NCBI GenBank assembly: GCA_938045545.1
Contig: CALIBN010000012.1
Location: 78,368 to 142,367 of the forward strand
DNA length: 64,000 bases
Direction of reading: 5' to 3'
Origin: an uncultured archaeon
GTDB taxonomy: Archaea; Thermoproteota; EX4484-205; JAAOZP01
Part shown: piece by piece, positions 18,634-28,350 of the stretch
Numbering within the stretch: the stretch's first letter is position 1
Layout: each line of letters opens with the position of its first letter
The notes under the pieces: model-generated
What the model was told of the DNA's origin: nothing
The model's database searches: none
The model's input: only the letters and a program-made list of their open reading frames with translations
Program-made: the position numbers and the translations under genes

Positions 18634-20082
18634 TCAGCAGTGGAGCCTCACGACGTTTACCGAGTGAGGTTTCAATACTATGTTTATCTTTCCATCGGCT
18701 GCTTCAACCCGGGCCTGTTCTATTCTAACCCTGTCCGGCTCTTCAAGCGTATTCCTGTCCTCAGCCGATTCCCCTGCGATAAACTGTTGCACGCCGCTCT
18801 TCGGGGTAAATCCTTTGAAATCTACCTGGAGCTCAACACTGTCATCCTCACTCCTGTTTAAAACATATAGGTATAATGTCTCCCCGTCTTTCGAGATTGT
18901 TGCTGAAGCATCCAGGTAAGGTATGTATCCGCCGACATCGGTGGACATGTAGTGCTCTGAATCAACCAGTGTTCTAAGAACACTAGCACCCTTATTGTTG
19001 CTGTACATTTTGAAAACAAAGTATTGGGGTGTTAGAACCATGCGTCCATCAGAAGCAGCTATTGCAAGTGGCAGGACGTTCACAGTCTGTGCGAAATTAC
19101 TTATTGGAACGATGTTACATAGTCTTTGAAGCATATTCAGAACCCCTCCTGTGAAAACAGCATCCCTCACGCGCGTAATTTGTGTTACCAAGGGTTCCTT
19201 AGCTTCAGGATACCAGACGTTCCATTCGTCGAAGGCTATTTTTATCTCGTGCTCTATCCCGTATTTTATCCTAGCGGCTTTAATCAAGCCATAAACATTC
19301 TTAAGCTTCTGCTCAATCTCTTCCGGAAGAGCAACCAGCTCCCCGTATGGCATGCTTCCCGAAGCATAGAAATGAACAGAAAGATAGTTGAAGTATCTCC
19401 CTGCTCCCTTAAGCATTTCAAGGTTCCACTCAGGATCTTCACACCCAACAGCCACAAGCTCTATGTCCGGGTCAACCTTAAGCATCTCGTTCGCATACTC
19501 AACAGTTCTCCTAGCGCATTCAGCACCATCCATGCAGAACCCTATCTGCCATTTTCCGTGCAGCTCGTTACCTATACCCCAGAGTTTGACACGGTAAGGC
19601 TCCTCATGGCCATACTCGCGTCTTAGGGAAGAATAGTATGTGTTCATGTTCGAATTACAGTATTCAACCCATCGCGCAGCCTCCTCAGGCGTCCCGTTTC
19701 CAGCGTTTACAACTATGAACGGCTCCGCACCTATCAGCCTACACCACTCTATGAACTCGTCCGTGCCGAAAAGATTAGGCTCCTCAGCTCTCCACGCCAT
19801 GTCGAAACGCCTCGGCCTCCGGCTTAATGGTCCAACACCATCCTCCCAGTGATAGCCGCTTGCAAAATTTCCACCGGGCCACCTTACGAGAGGAGTATTC
19901 AAATCTTTAACAGCTTTTAGAACATCAAGACGATAACCCTTCACATTAGGTATTTCAGAATCCCTGCCCACCCAGATGCCTCCGTAGATACACTTACCCA
20001 AGTGTTCAATAAACTGGCCGTAGCATCTCTTGCTAAGAGTCCCGACCGGCGTCGTTGCGTCAACAATCACCCTGCCCTTCAA
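18634..20082 (-). CDS. Alpha-L-arabinofuranosidase, GH51
   Basis: GQFIEHLG, RWPGGNF, WGIGNE, AFDEWNVW, AQTVNVL. Confidence 0.93.
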   Translation of the reverse strand: MKGRVIVDATTPVGTLSKRCYGQFIEHLGKCIYGGIWVGRDSEIPNVKGYRLDVLKAVKDLNTPLVRWPGGNFASGYHWEDGVGPLSRRPRRFDMAWRAEEPNLFGTDEFIEWCRLIGAEPFIVVNAGNGTPEEAARWVEYCNSNMNTYYSSLRREYGHEEPYRVKLWGIGNELHGKWQIGFCMDGAECARRTVEYANEMLKVDPDIELVAVGCEDPEWNLEMLKGAGRYFNYLSVHFYASGSMPYGELVALPEEIEQKLKNVYGLIKAARIKYGIEHEIKIAFDEWNVWYPEAKEPLVTQITRVRDAVFTGGVLNMLQRLCNIVPISNFAQTVNVLPLAIAASDGRMVLTPQYFVFKMYSNNKGASVLRTLVDSEHYMSTDVGGYIPYLDASATISKDGETLYLYVLNRSEDDSVELQVDFKGFTPKSGVQQFIAGESAEDRNTLEEPDRVRIEQARVEAADGKINIVLKPHSVNVVRLHC

Positions 20083-20181
20083 TCCTATTCACCCTGTAAA
20101 TAGAGCCATAGTAATCTAATAAAGGTATTTTTCAGACTGCTCGATAATGATCTGGAAATGGAATACCCGGCGGGCTTCACT

Positions 20182-20820
20182 CTAGAATGTTTTAGATTCG
20201 AAGTATTTCTCCAAAAGTTTACGGATACCGCTCCTAGTTATCTCCGAGAAGGTTGAAGGAACTATTCCAAGTGTTTTCGCAAGCTCCCTGGTGCCGATTT
20301 TCCTGGGAGTGTCGAAGTAGCCCATTTTCAAGGAAAGCCAGAGCACGTTCTCCTGCTTCTCGGTTAAAACATCCTCCTTATGCTCATGCTTCGTTAAACC
20401 GAGAATTCTATACTTAAACCCTAGGGACTCAAGGGTCGTTAGTATTTGCTTAAAGACCTCGTAGCCTGGTGCTATGAACTCGTAGATCATCCGGTATCCC
20501 TCTACGTGCCTGCCTGAAATAAGGAAGGCGCCTTGAGAAAGCATCGTGTTGCAGACGTTACATCCCTCTGTTTTGAAGGAAGCGAGCACGGAGCCCTTAG
20601 AGCTTTTCAGAACCCTAAGATTCTCCCCAGAGGTCTTTCGGAGCTCGCTGGCAGGGAACCGGACCAGGTGTCTCACAGAGCCCTCAGGCAGCCTTCTAAC
20701 GTCGATAAGCTTGCAATCGTTAATGCCAAGCTTCGACATGAGCTCCAACCCTTTGCACTGGCTGTTCTCAACTTCGATAGTCGCATAGTACATTGCTTGT
20801 TCAAGAGCCATCCGGTCCAC
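20182..20820 (-). CDS. Bat-type HTH_10 regulator
   Basis: LTEKQ..GYFDTPRKIGTRELAKTLGI..TFSE. Confidence 0.85.
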   Translation of the reverse strand: MDRMALEQAMYYATIEVENSQCKGLELMSKLGINDCKLIDVRRLPEGSVRHLVRFPASELRKTSGENLRVLKSSKGSVLASFKTEGCNVCNTMLSQGAFLISGRHVEGYRMIYEFIAPGYEVFKQILTTLESLGFKYRILGLTKHEHKEDVLTEKQENVLWLSLKMGYFDTPRKIGTRELAKTLGIVPSTFSEITRSGIRKLLEKYFESKTF

Positions 20821-20933
20821 CTTTCCTGTAGGATAGCTGTCCGATTAATATTAAAACCTATCTGGCCGGGTAAAAGGTTTTCTTCGGCATCGAGTTTATC
20901 TTTAAATAGGCATGCCAGAAGCATAGGCGTCAG

Positions 20934-21602
20934 ATGCTGAAAACCCTGCTTGACGCCCAGCAATTCTTAGAATGGATGGAGCGGCTTGCCTACCAATATG
21001 GATACTTAGGGGTATTCTTCCTGTCCTTCATCGGAGCCGTTTCTGTAGTCTTCCCAATACCCTATACCGTCGTGATCTACCTGATGGGTTCCGTGATAGA
21101 TCCTCTTCTGATAGCCGTCTCAGGAGGCTTAGGCTCTGCCTTCGGAGAGCTAGCCGGCTACGCCCTAGGATACTACGGCAGGATGCTGATAGGCGAGGAG
21201 CGTAGGAGGAAGATGGATTACATGCTTAAGATATTCGACCGTTACGGTGTTGCAGCAATATTCCTGTTCGCCCTAACCCCTCTGCCTGACGACCTGCTGA
21301 TAATCCCGCTTGGCATAATGCGCTACAACCCGGTTAAGTTTCTCATACCGTGCATCCTGGGTAAAACCCTGATGTGTTTCATACTGGCGCTCGGAGGAAG
21401 GTTTTCGGTAAGCCTGATTAAAAGTCTTTTCGGCGGGGAGGGAGGATGGGCTGCAACCCTAGTGACTTTTGTGCTTCTAGCGGGAGTAATAATGTTGATG
21501 ATGAAGATAGACTGGGAGGAAATCTTCTTCAAATACGTTGAGAAGCAGGGTAAAGCGGGGTCAAAACAATTAAATAAGGGGTTTGGAGCCACTACTGTTT
21601 AA
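20934..21602 (+). CDS. DedA/VTT (SNARE-associated) membrane protein
   Basis: GSAFGELAGYALGYYG, FALTPLPDD, GK motif. Confidence 0.85.
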   Translation: MLKTLLDAQQFLEWMERLAYQYGYLGVFFLSFIGAVSVVFPIPYTVVIYLMGSVIDPLLIAVSGGLGSAFGELAGYALGYYGRMLIGEERRRKMDYMLKIFDRYGVAAIFLFALTPLPDDLLIIPLGIMRYNPVKFLIPCILGKTLMCFILALGGRFSVSLIKSLFGGEGGWAATLVTFVLLAGVIMLMMKIDWEEIFFKYVEKQGKAGSKQLNKGFGATTV

Positions 21603-22510
21603 TGGAAAACTTTGAAAAAGAATACTGGCTTGAGGTTGAACTGCAACACCCTAAAGGATGGGTGTTAGCAGCGGAGTCAGGGGGGATGTTAGACGGGTAT
21701 TTCCGGGTAGACTCGAAAACCGCGGTTAAGCTTGAGGTAAAGTGGGAGAAACAGGCTTCTGACAGGAGGGCGAAGGCGAAAGTGCAACCGATGGTTGTGA
21801 TAAACAAGTTTATCGAAGACTATATGACGCGGGCTAAGAGAAAAGGGAAGGCTGAAGTATATGAGCGGGGGAGTGCAAGGATCTGCGAGCACAACGCTTA
21901 CTTCGCAAGATGGCGGGATGTTGGCGACATAGTTACCCTCTCTTGGGTGTGTGAAGACGAGAAAAAGGTTTTCCTTCTCAACTATTATCTGGAGCCGGGT
22001 GAGAAATGGGAGGATGTTGCAAGCTGGCTGATCCCAGGGTTTGTATGCCATACTTCGGAAAAATTCTGGCGGTACCGTCTGATTGGCGTGGAGTTCAAAG
22101 TGCCTAAGGGGTATGCTCTTCAAACAAGGAAGCTTCTACTCGGTAAGCCGATAGTCGTTTTCAAAGCAGGGGGGAAAACACTGCTGATCCACTGGTCTAC
22201 TTTCGCCAGAGAAACCCTTGCTAAGTATAAGAACCTTGTCGAATGGGCGAAGAAGGAGGTTCCGAAAGAAGTCGGCAGCATCATGAAGGGGTTGAAATAC
22301 GATAAGCTTAAGCCCGAGGAGGAGACGGGGAAAATGATGCTGGAGGAAACGGAGCGAACATTCTTCAGCGGCAAGACGACTGTTAAAACGTTAAGGATTT
22401 GGCATGACTCGGATTCGAACAGAATATTCTTAACAGGCTACACCGGCCCCAGGGAAAACATGATCGACCTAGAGGAGCTTGAGAAAAGCATAGTGTTTAA
22501 GCCGGAATAG
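21602..22510 (+). CDS. Hypothetical protein
   Basis: 302 aa ORF overlapping the upstream stop (TAATG). Confidence 0.75.
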   Translation: MENFEKEYWLEVELQHPKGWVLAAESGGMLDGYFRVDSKTAVKLEVKWEKQASDRRAKAKVQPMVVINKFIEDYMTRAKRKGKAEVYERGSARICEHNAYFARWRDVGDIVTLSWVCEDEKKVFLLNYYLEPGEKWEDVASWLIPGFVCHTSEKFWRYRLIGVEFKVPKGYALQTRKLLLGKPIVVFKAGGKTLLIHWSTFARETLAKYKNLVEWAKKEVPKEVGSIMKGLKYDKLKPEEETGKMMLEETERTFFSGKTTVKTLRIWHDSDSNRIFLTGYTGPRENMIDLEELEKSIVFKPE

Positions 22511-22520
22511 GTGAACAGAG

Positions 22521-23057
22521 ATGCCGCTTTTCGGAAAAAAGAAGGAGCCCCCGAGGGTTTCGCCGGGAAGGCTGTACAGGAGCATACCCATCGTAAACCC
22601 GAGGGTTAAGCACGAGGAGGATGCTGACGGCATCGTCACGATCCTTATCCCCGTCCCGACGGGCGACCCTAAAAAGCCCGAGAGAACGGCGAGGATAAAG
22701 CTCGACGCGATAGGGAGCAAGGTTTGGAAGAGAATAGACGGGAAAACCGCGCTGAACGAAATGGTTCAGTGGATGAAGCAGGAATTCATGCTGACCGAGA
22801 GGGAGGCGGAGGTCTCGCTATCCATGTTCATGAAGAGCCTTGTAGACAAAAAACTTGTGGCACTTGCCCTGCCGCCGCCGACGCCTGGAACACCTGAGGT
22901 TCAGGAGGAAATAGAGAGAATAAGGTTTGAAATAGAGGAGCTTGAAAAAGCCTTTAGAAAGAAGAAGGTGGATGAGAAAACCTTCAGAGAGCTTAAAGAG
23001 AAATACGAACAAGCCATCAGGGAGCTTAAGGAGAAAGAAGCCGGCGGAGATTCTTGA
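22521..23057 (+). CDS. PqqD-like (RRE-fold) protein with C-terminal coiled coil
   Basis: LDAIGSKVWKRIDGK..EM..F..FMKSLVDKKLV PqqD pattern; AGGTGA SD. Confidence 0.7.
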   Translation: MPLFGKKKEPPRVSPGRLYRSIPIVNPRVKHEEDADGIVTILIPVPTGDPKKPERTARIKLDAIGSKVWKRIDGKTALNEMVQWMKQEFMLTEREAEVSLSMFMKSLVDKKLVALALPPPTPGTPEVQEEIERIRFEIEELEKAFRKKKVDEKTFRELKEKYEQAIRELKEKEAGGDS

Positions 23058-23352
23058 AGCCAGCCTACATGTTTTAGCAACAATCCTACGCTTCCCTATT
23101 GTAAGAGTCGCGCATGCTTGGTAATAGCATGCTTTTAAAGGAGTAGGCAATAATATGATTTAGGCATGCACTAAATCATCTGGAAACGTTTAAATAGTGT
23201 GAAATCCCTTTTCCTTCTCCTCAGATACTTCAGTGGCGAAACCAATACGAGGAAGCGGAAGAATAGGCGTAAGCAGGTTTTCAGCAATATGTATTCATTT
23301 CTCTTGCGCAGGGATTTTTCTTGAAGCCTATTGGGTTAAGAGGTGTTTTTAA

Positions 23353-26300
23353 ATGCCTAGGATGAGTAACATAAGAAGAGCGCTCGTCATAGGAAGCGGG
23401 GGAATCGTTATTGCTCAAGCAGCGGAATTCGATTACAGCGGAAGCCAGGCTTTGAAGGCTTTGAAGGAGGAGGGTATAGAGACGGTGATCGTGAACCCGA
23501 ATATTGCGACGATTCAGACGAGCAGGAGGATGGCTGACAAGGTGTATCTTGAGCCGTTAACCGTTAAATCGGTTTCAAGAATAATCGAGAAGGAGAGGGT
23601 TGACGGTATTCTGCTTGGCTTCGGGGGTCAGACGGCTCTCAACCTTGGCATAGGCCTGCATGAGGCAGGTGTCTTAGACAAGTATGGTGTTAAAGTATTG
23701 GGGTGCTCCATTGAAACCATTAGGATGGCTGAGGACAGGGACCTGTTTAGGAGGGCCATGTGGGAGATAGGTTTGGAGGTTCCTCCGAGCAGTATTGCAA
23801 GAACCCCGGAGGAGGCGATCGAAGCCTCGGAGAGCCTGGGTTTTCCGCTTCTCGTCAGAACCTCTTTCACGCTCGGGGGTCAGAGCTCAGGCATAGCTAG
23901 GAACCCGAGTGAGCTTTACGATGCGGTTTCAAAGGCTTTGAAATGGAGCATTAACGGGGAGGTTTTGATAGAGAGGTCCTACTACGGGTGGAAGGAGCTT
24001 GAATACGAGTATATGAGGGACTACTATGGGAACAGTGTTTCAGTCGCGACTATGGAGGGTTTCGACCCTCTAGGCGTCCACACGGGTGAGAAAATAGTTG
24101 TGGTTCCGATTCAGACGCTTACTAACAAGGAGTACCATAGGCTTAGGGAGGCTGGCCTCAGAATCGTGGATAAGCTTGGAATAGTTGGAGAGTGCAACAT
24201 TCAGTTCGGCTTGAATCCTGAAAACGGGGATCTCATCGTCGTCGAGGTCAACCCGAGGCTTTCAAGGTCTAGCGCGCTGGCGTCTAAGGCCACCGGCTAT
24301 CCTCTGGCATACCTTGCAGCGAAGCTCGCCCTAGGATACCGGATAGAGGAGCTTACGAACAAAGTTACTGGAGTTACGAAGGCTAGTTTCGAGCCGGCAC
24401 TGGACTATGTGGTTGTAAAGATCCCCCGGTGGGATTTCAAAAAGTTCGGGAACGTTGATAGAACCATAGGAACCATGATGAAATCGGTGGGCGAGGTGAT
24501 GGCCATTGGCAGGACCTTTGAAGAAGCCTTGCAGAAGGCTGTCAGAATGCTTCAGGTAGGCAGGGTCGGCGTAGTGGGGAATGAGGGCGAGGAAGACGGG
24601 GTTCCATCCGATTTAACGGAGTTTCTTAAGCCGAGTGATGAGAGGCTTTTCAACATCGTCAGGGCGTTGAAGGCTGGTGTTAGCGTAGACGAGATAAGCA
24701 GTGTGACGGGCATAGACAAATGGTTTCTCTACAGAATACTGAGCATAATCCGTGTTGACTCTGAGCTCAAATCCCTCCGTGGTGTGAAGGATGAGGAAGA
24801 GATCGTTGAGAAGATTAAGGAGGCTAAGAGGCTTGGCTTCTCAGACGTTCAGATAGCAAGAAGGCTCGGGTGGAGCGAAGACGAGGTTAGGAGTTTCAGG
24901 ATTAAACATGGTGTCAAACCAGTATTCAAACTGATAGACACGATGGCTGCTGAATGGGAGTCGGTTACAAACTATCTTTACGCTACCTATGGGGACGAGG
25001 CCAATGATGTTTCAGAAACCACTGGCAGAAGGAAGGTGGTGATTCTTGGAGCTGGGACGAACAGGATTGGGAGCAGCGTCGAGTTTGACTATTGCACGAT
25101 GCACACCGTATGGTCTATGAAGGAGGAGGGTTTCGACGAGGCTATCGTCGTTAACAATAATCCTGAAACAGTCTCCACGGACTACGACATGTCGGATAAG
25201 CTGTATTTCGAAGAACTGTCGTTTGAAAGAGTTATGGATATTGTGGAGGCTGAGAAGCCTGAGGGCGTTGTAGTGACTATGGGCGGGCAGGATCCGATCA
25301 ACATTAGCCAAAAACTCTATGAGCATGGTGTTAGAATCCTTGGAACATCTCCGCTTAGCATAGATTTCGCTGAGGACAGGGCTAAGTTCAGCCTCCTGCT
25401 TGATAATCTAGGCATAAAGCAACCGGTCTGGACAAGAGTGACCAGCATGGAGGAGGCTGTTGCGAAAGCAAGGGAGATAGGATACCCTGTTCTAATAAGG
25501 CCTTCCTACGTGCTGTCTGGGGCTGCGATGAACGTTGCTGCAAACGAGGAGGAGCTTGTAGAATATATTCGCAACGCAACCAGAATATCCCCGGAGCACT
25601 CCGTGGTCATAAGCAAGTTTTTTGAGCAGGCTTATGAAGCGGAGGTTGACGCTGTTAGTGACGGCGAGGAGGTTTTCATAGGCGGGGTGATGGAGCACCT
25701 GGAGTATGCTGGAACACACAGCGGAGACGCTACCATCGTCCTCCCACCGCAGAGGCTTACTGAAGACATTGTTGAAAAGATTAAGGATTACACTGTTAGA
25801 ATTGCGAAGGAGCTCCGGATAATCGGGGCTTTTAACATACAGTACTTGGTTAAGGGTTCGGAGGTCTACGTGATAGAGGCCAACGTTAGAGCCAGTAGAA
25901 CCATGCCTTTCGTAAGCAAGACGAGGGGCATCCCACTCATATGGCTTGCAGGAAAGCTTATTGCTAGGCGGAAGCTTAGCGAGTTTAAAGATTCGCTGAA
26001 GTACAACAGTAGGACGATCGGCGTTAAAGTACCTGTCTTCTCGTTCGTCAGGCTTAAAGGAGCCGATCCTGTTCTAGGCGTTGAAATGAGGTCGACTGGC
26101 GAAGTAGCGTGCATAGGCTACAACTTCATAAATACTTTCATCCGGGCCTGGGAGTCTTCAGGTCTAAGACTACCGTCTAAAAACGACATCATATTCATAA
26201 CGGTTAGAGACGAGGATAAGCCTAAGGCTTTAAAACTAGCTTTAAACCTTAAAGAAATGGGGTTCACAATAGCCGCCACTCGACGAACAAGGGACTTTCT

Positions 26301-26625
26301 GGTTTCTAACGGTTTGAACGACGTGGTGCTGGTTAGGAGGCTTAGCGAGAAGTCTGATGACGGAGTAGACGCGACAAGTTTCCTCGCAAGCGGGAGAATA
26401 GGCATGGTAGTAAACACTCCAGACCCCAAGGATAAGAGTACTCTTGAAGACATGTATACGATAAGGAGGACGGCTGTAGAATTCGCTATACCCGTGATCA
26501 CAAGCCTCGAGGTTGCGGAGAAGATTGTTGAAGCAATACGTTTCAAAAACAATAATGGCGGCGAGCAGGAGCCGTATTCTTTAGACGAGTACCACCGTGA
26601 CCTGCCTCTGTCAATATACGTTTAG
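23353..26625 (+). CDS. carB: Carbamoyl-phosphate synthase large subunit
   Basis: AAEFDYSGSQA, EVNPRLSRSSALASKATG, NNNPETVSTDYD, C-terminal MGS domain. Confidence 0.97.
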   Translation: MPRMSNIRRALVIGSGGIVIAQAAEFDYSGSQALKALKEEGIETVIVNPNIATIQTSRRMADKVYLEPLTVKSVSRIIEKERVDGILLGFGGQTALNLGIGLHEAGVLDKYGVKVLGCSIETIRMAEDRDLFRRAMWEIGLEVPPSSIARTPEEAIEASESLGFPLLVRTSFTLGGQSSGIARNPSELYDAVSKALKWSINGEVLIERSYYGWKELEYEYMRDYYGNSVSVATMEGFDPLGVHTGEKIVVVPIQTLTNKEYHRLREAGLRIVDKLGIVGECNIQFGLNPENGDLIVVEVNPRLSRSSALASKATGYPLAYLAAKLALGYRIEELTNKVTGVTKASFEPALDYVVVKIPRWDFKKFGNVDRTIGTMMKSVGEVMAIGRTFEEALQKAVRMLQVGRVGVVGNEGEEDGVPSDLTEFLKPSDERLFNIVRALKAGVSVDEISSVTGIDKWFLYRILSIIRVDSELKSLRGVKDEEEIVEKIKEAKRLGFSDVQIARRLGWSEDEVRSFRIKHGVKPVFKLIDTMAAEWESVTNYLYATYGDEANDVSETTGRRKVVILGAGTNRIGSSVEFDYCTMHTVWSMKEEGFDEAIVVNNNPETVSTDYDMSDKLYFEELSFERVMDIVEAEKPEGVVVTMGGQDPINISQKLYEHGVRILGTSPLSIDFAEDRAKFSLLLDNLGIKQPVWTRVTSMEEAVAKAREIGYPVLIRPSYVLSGAAMNVAANEEELVEYIRNATRISPEHSVVISKFFEQAYEAEVDAVSDGEEVFIGGVMEHLEYAGTHSGDATIVLPPQRLTEDIVEKIKDYTVRIAKELRIIGAFNIQYLVKGSEVYVIEANVRASRTMPFVSKTRGIPLIWLAGKLIARRKLSEFKDSLKYNSRTIGVKVPVFSFVRLKGADPVLGVEMRSTGEVACIGYNFINTFIRAWESSGLRLPSKNDIIFITVRDEDKPKALKLALNLKEMGFTIAATRRTRDFLVSNGLNDVVLVRRLSEKSDDGVDATSFLASGRIGMVVNTPDPKDKSTLEDMYTIRRTAVEFAIPVITSLEVAEKIVEAIRFKNNNGGEQEPYSLDEYHRDLPLSIYV

Positions 26626-28302
26626 CTAGGGTTGAACATACGTGAGTATCTTCCTTAGAAACCTTGTTTTTTCAAGAGAATCCCGAATGTTAAGGATTAT
26701 GCTCAGCATCGGGGAGACGATTCCTGGTGAAACAGACATTGTTTTCCCGCTTGCCATTCTACCGCCGACAATACTGTTGAACAAGAGGTCGAACTTGCCG
26801 TCAATCTCGTCCTGCGTAGAGGACACTACTGTGGCGGAGAAATCAGCCATCATCTCCTGAATCTTCATGATTCTTTCAAGAATCGGGGTCAATGCTTTTC
26901 TAGTCTTGCCGACAACATACTTCCATTCCGCCAGATTATTGGATAAAACTGTTGTCTGAAGCAGGGCTGGTTTCTTCCTTCTAAGCTCCTGCAGCAGTTT
27001 ATAAGCCTCAACGGATTCGCTGATCGAGCTTAGAATAACATCTTCCTCCTCCAGGATGCTGCTTAATGCTTGTCTAAGCATGCTCAGCTGCATCGCCCTA
27101 TCCGGAAGCCGGGCAGCATAGAGCCAAGGTACGACGCTCTCCATCTGGTCGACAACCTTGCTAGCAGAGTCGCGAACCAGCTTCAGCATCCTGCAGGATT
27201 CAGACGCTTCCCTAAGGGTCTCCTGGCCTACAGCCTCTGCGGATGGCATGCTAACCTTCTCCCTGCTCAAGTAATCTTTCAGCAGCACAGCATTTCCGAG
27301 CAGGCCATGCGTGAAAGGAGTTTTACAGCTCTCCACGTGAGAGAAGAAGAGAACGATCTTTCCAGATCCATGTTCAGTAAACCCGATGCTGCTAGCGCCC
27401 CCTATTTTTTTAAGCGCTTCCTCGTATGGTACACCATACTCCACGCTAGTAGAAGGCAGCACCATTTTTGCGAAAACCTGTTTAGCGTTAGTGATTTTAG
27501 CAATCGGGCCCGTGTGAAACATCGTGAGCTCACCCCTGTACCCTAGTGTCAACATTCCTCTCCGCGTAATCCTCGACTTGACGAGGCCTGTTACAGGGTA
27601 AGTCCTTAAAACCCCGCTTAGCCGCCTTCCTGAGAAAACAGGCCAAGAAGGCTCTGAAACCGTGTCGCTCAGGAGCTTGCACTCAACAACCTGCAGCTCG
27701 CTCCAGGCCTCTATCTCTCCGTACGCGGATATTGGCAGGTTAACTGGTTTAAGTGGAAGCAGTGCACCGGCGCATATTCCAACGTATATGCCTCCGGACT
27801 CTACGAATTGCCTGACCATCCTAGCTTCCTCTTTCCCGAGCGACCTGAGAATTTCAAAGCTATCTCCGCCGCCAACTATCAAGACGTCTAGAGCACGCAG
27901 GTCCTCCAGCGTTAACGGCCCTGGGAGTAGAGATATCCTCCTGAAACCCATGTTGAACAAAGCCTCCACAGTTTCTTTCAAGCAGGATACTGAAACCCCG
28001 TTTCCACTGTATAATCCGATGAGCGGGCTGCGCAACCAGGCAACGCTTTGCTGATCCATGGTTTTTAAAGGCTTCAACTCTACACCGTACTCTTCACCAA
28101 GATTCTTCGCCAAGTATTCCGAATAAACGTCTTCTACACCGATCACGAAGTCCCCGGGCTTAAGAACAGAGTCTCTGGAACCTCTTAGCTTCACGGCCCT
28201 GCCAACTTTAAACCCTGATTCGAGAAGATTATTTACAAGCCTATATGCGTTAGAATAGGCTTCTCCACCGCCTTTCTTAAACCGTGTCCTCCACCACTTC
28301 AA
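26626..28302 (-). CDS. BPL_N / GATase-like domain protein
   Basis: LYSGNG, LIVGGGD, FVESGGIYVGICAGA, SHVE. Confidence 0.65.
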   Translation of the reverse strand: MKWWRTRFKKGGGEAYSNAYRLVNNLLESGFKVGRAVKLRGSRDSVLKPGDFVIGVEDVYSEYLAKNLGEEYGVELKPLKTMDQQSVAWLRSPLIGLYSGNGVSVSCLKETVEALFNMGFRRISLLPGPLTLEDLRALDVLIVGGGDSFEILRSLGKEEARMVRQFVESGGIYVGICAGALLPLKPVNLPISAYGEIEAWSELQVVECKLLSDTVSEPSWPVFSGRRLSGVLRTYPVTGLVKSRITRRGMLTLGYRGELTMFHTGPIAKITNAKQVFAKMVLPSTSVEYGVPYEEALKKIGGASSIGFTEHGSGKIVLFFSHVESCKTPFTHGLLGNAVLLKDYLSREKVSMPSAEAVGQETLREASESCRMLKLVRDSASKVVDQMESVVPWLYAARLPDRAMQLSMLRQALSSILEEEDVILSSISESVEAYKLLQELRRKKPALLQTTVLSNNLAEWKYVVGKTRKALTPILERIMKIQEMMADFSATVVSSTQDEIDGKFDLLFNSIVGGRMASGKTMSVSPGIVSPMLSIILNIRDSLEKTRFLRKILTYVQP

Positions 28303-28350
28303 CGTTCCCAGAGAAGCATCAGCCAGTATTTAATCTCATCTGAATAACTC

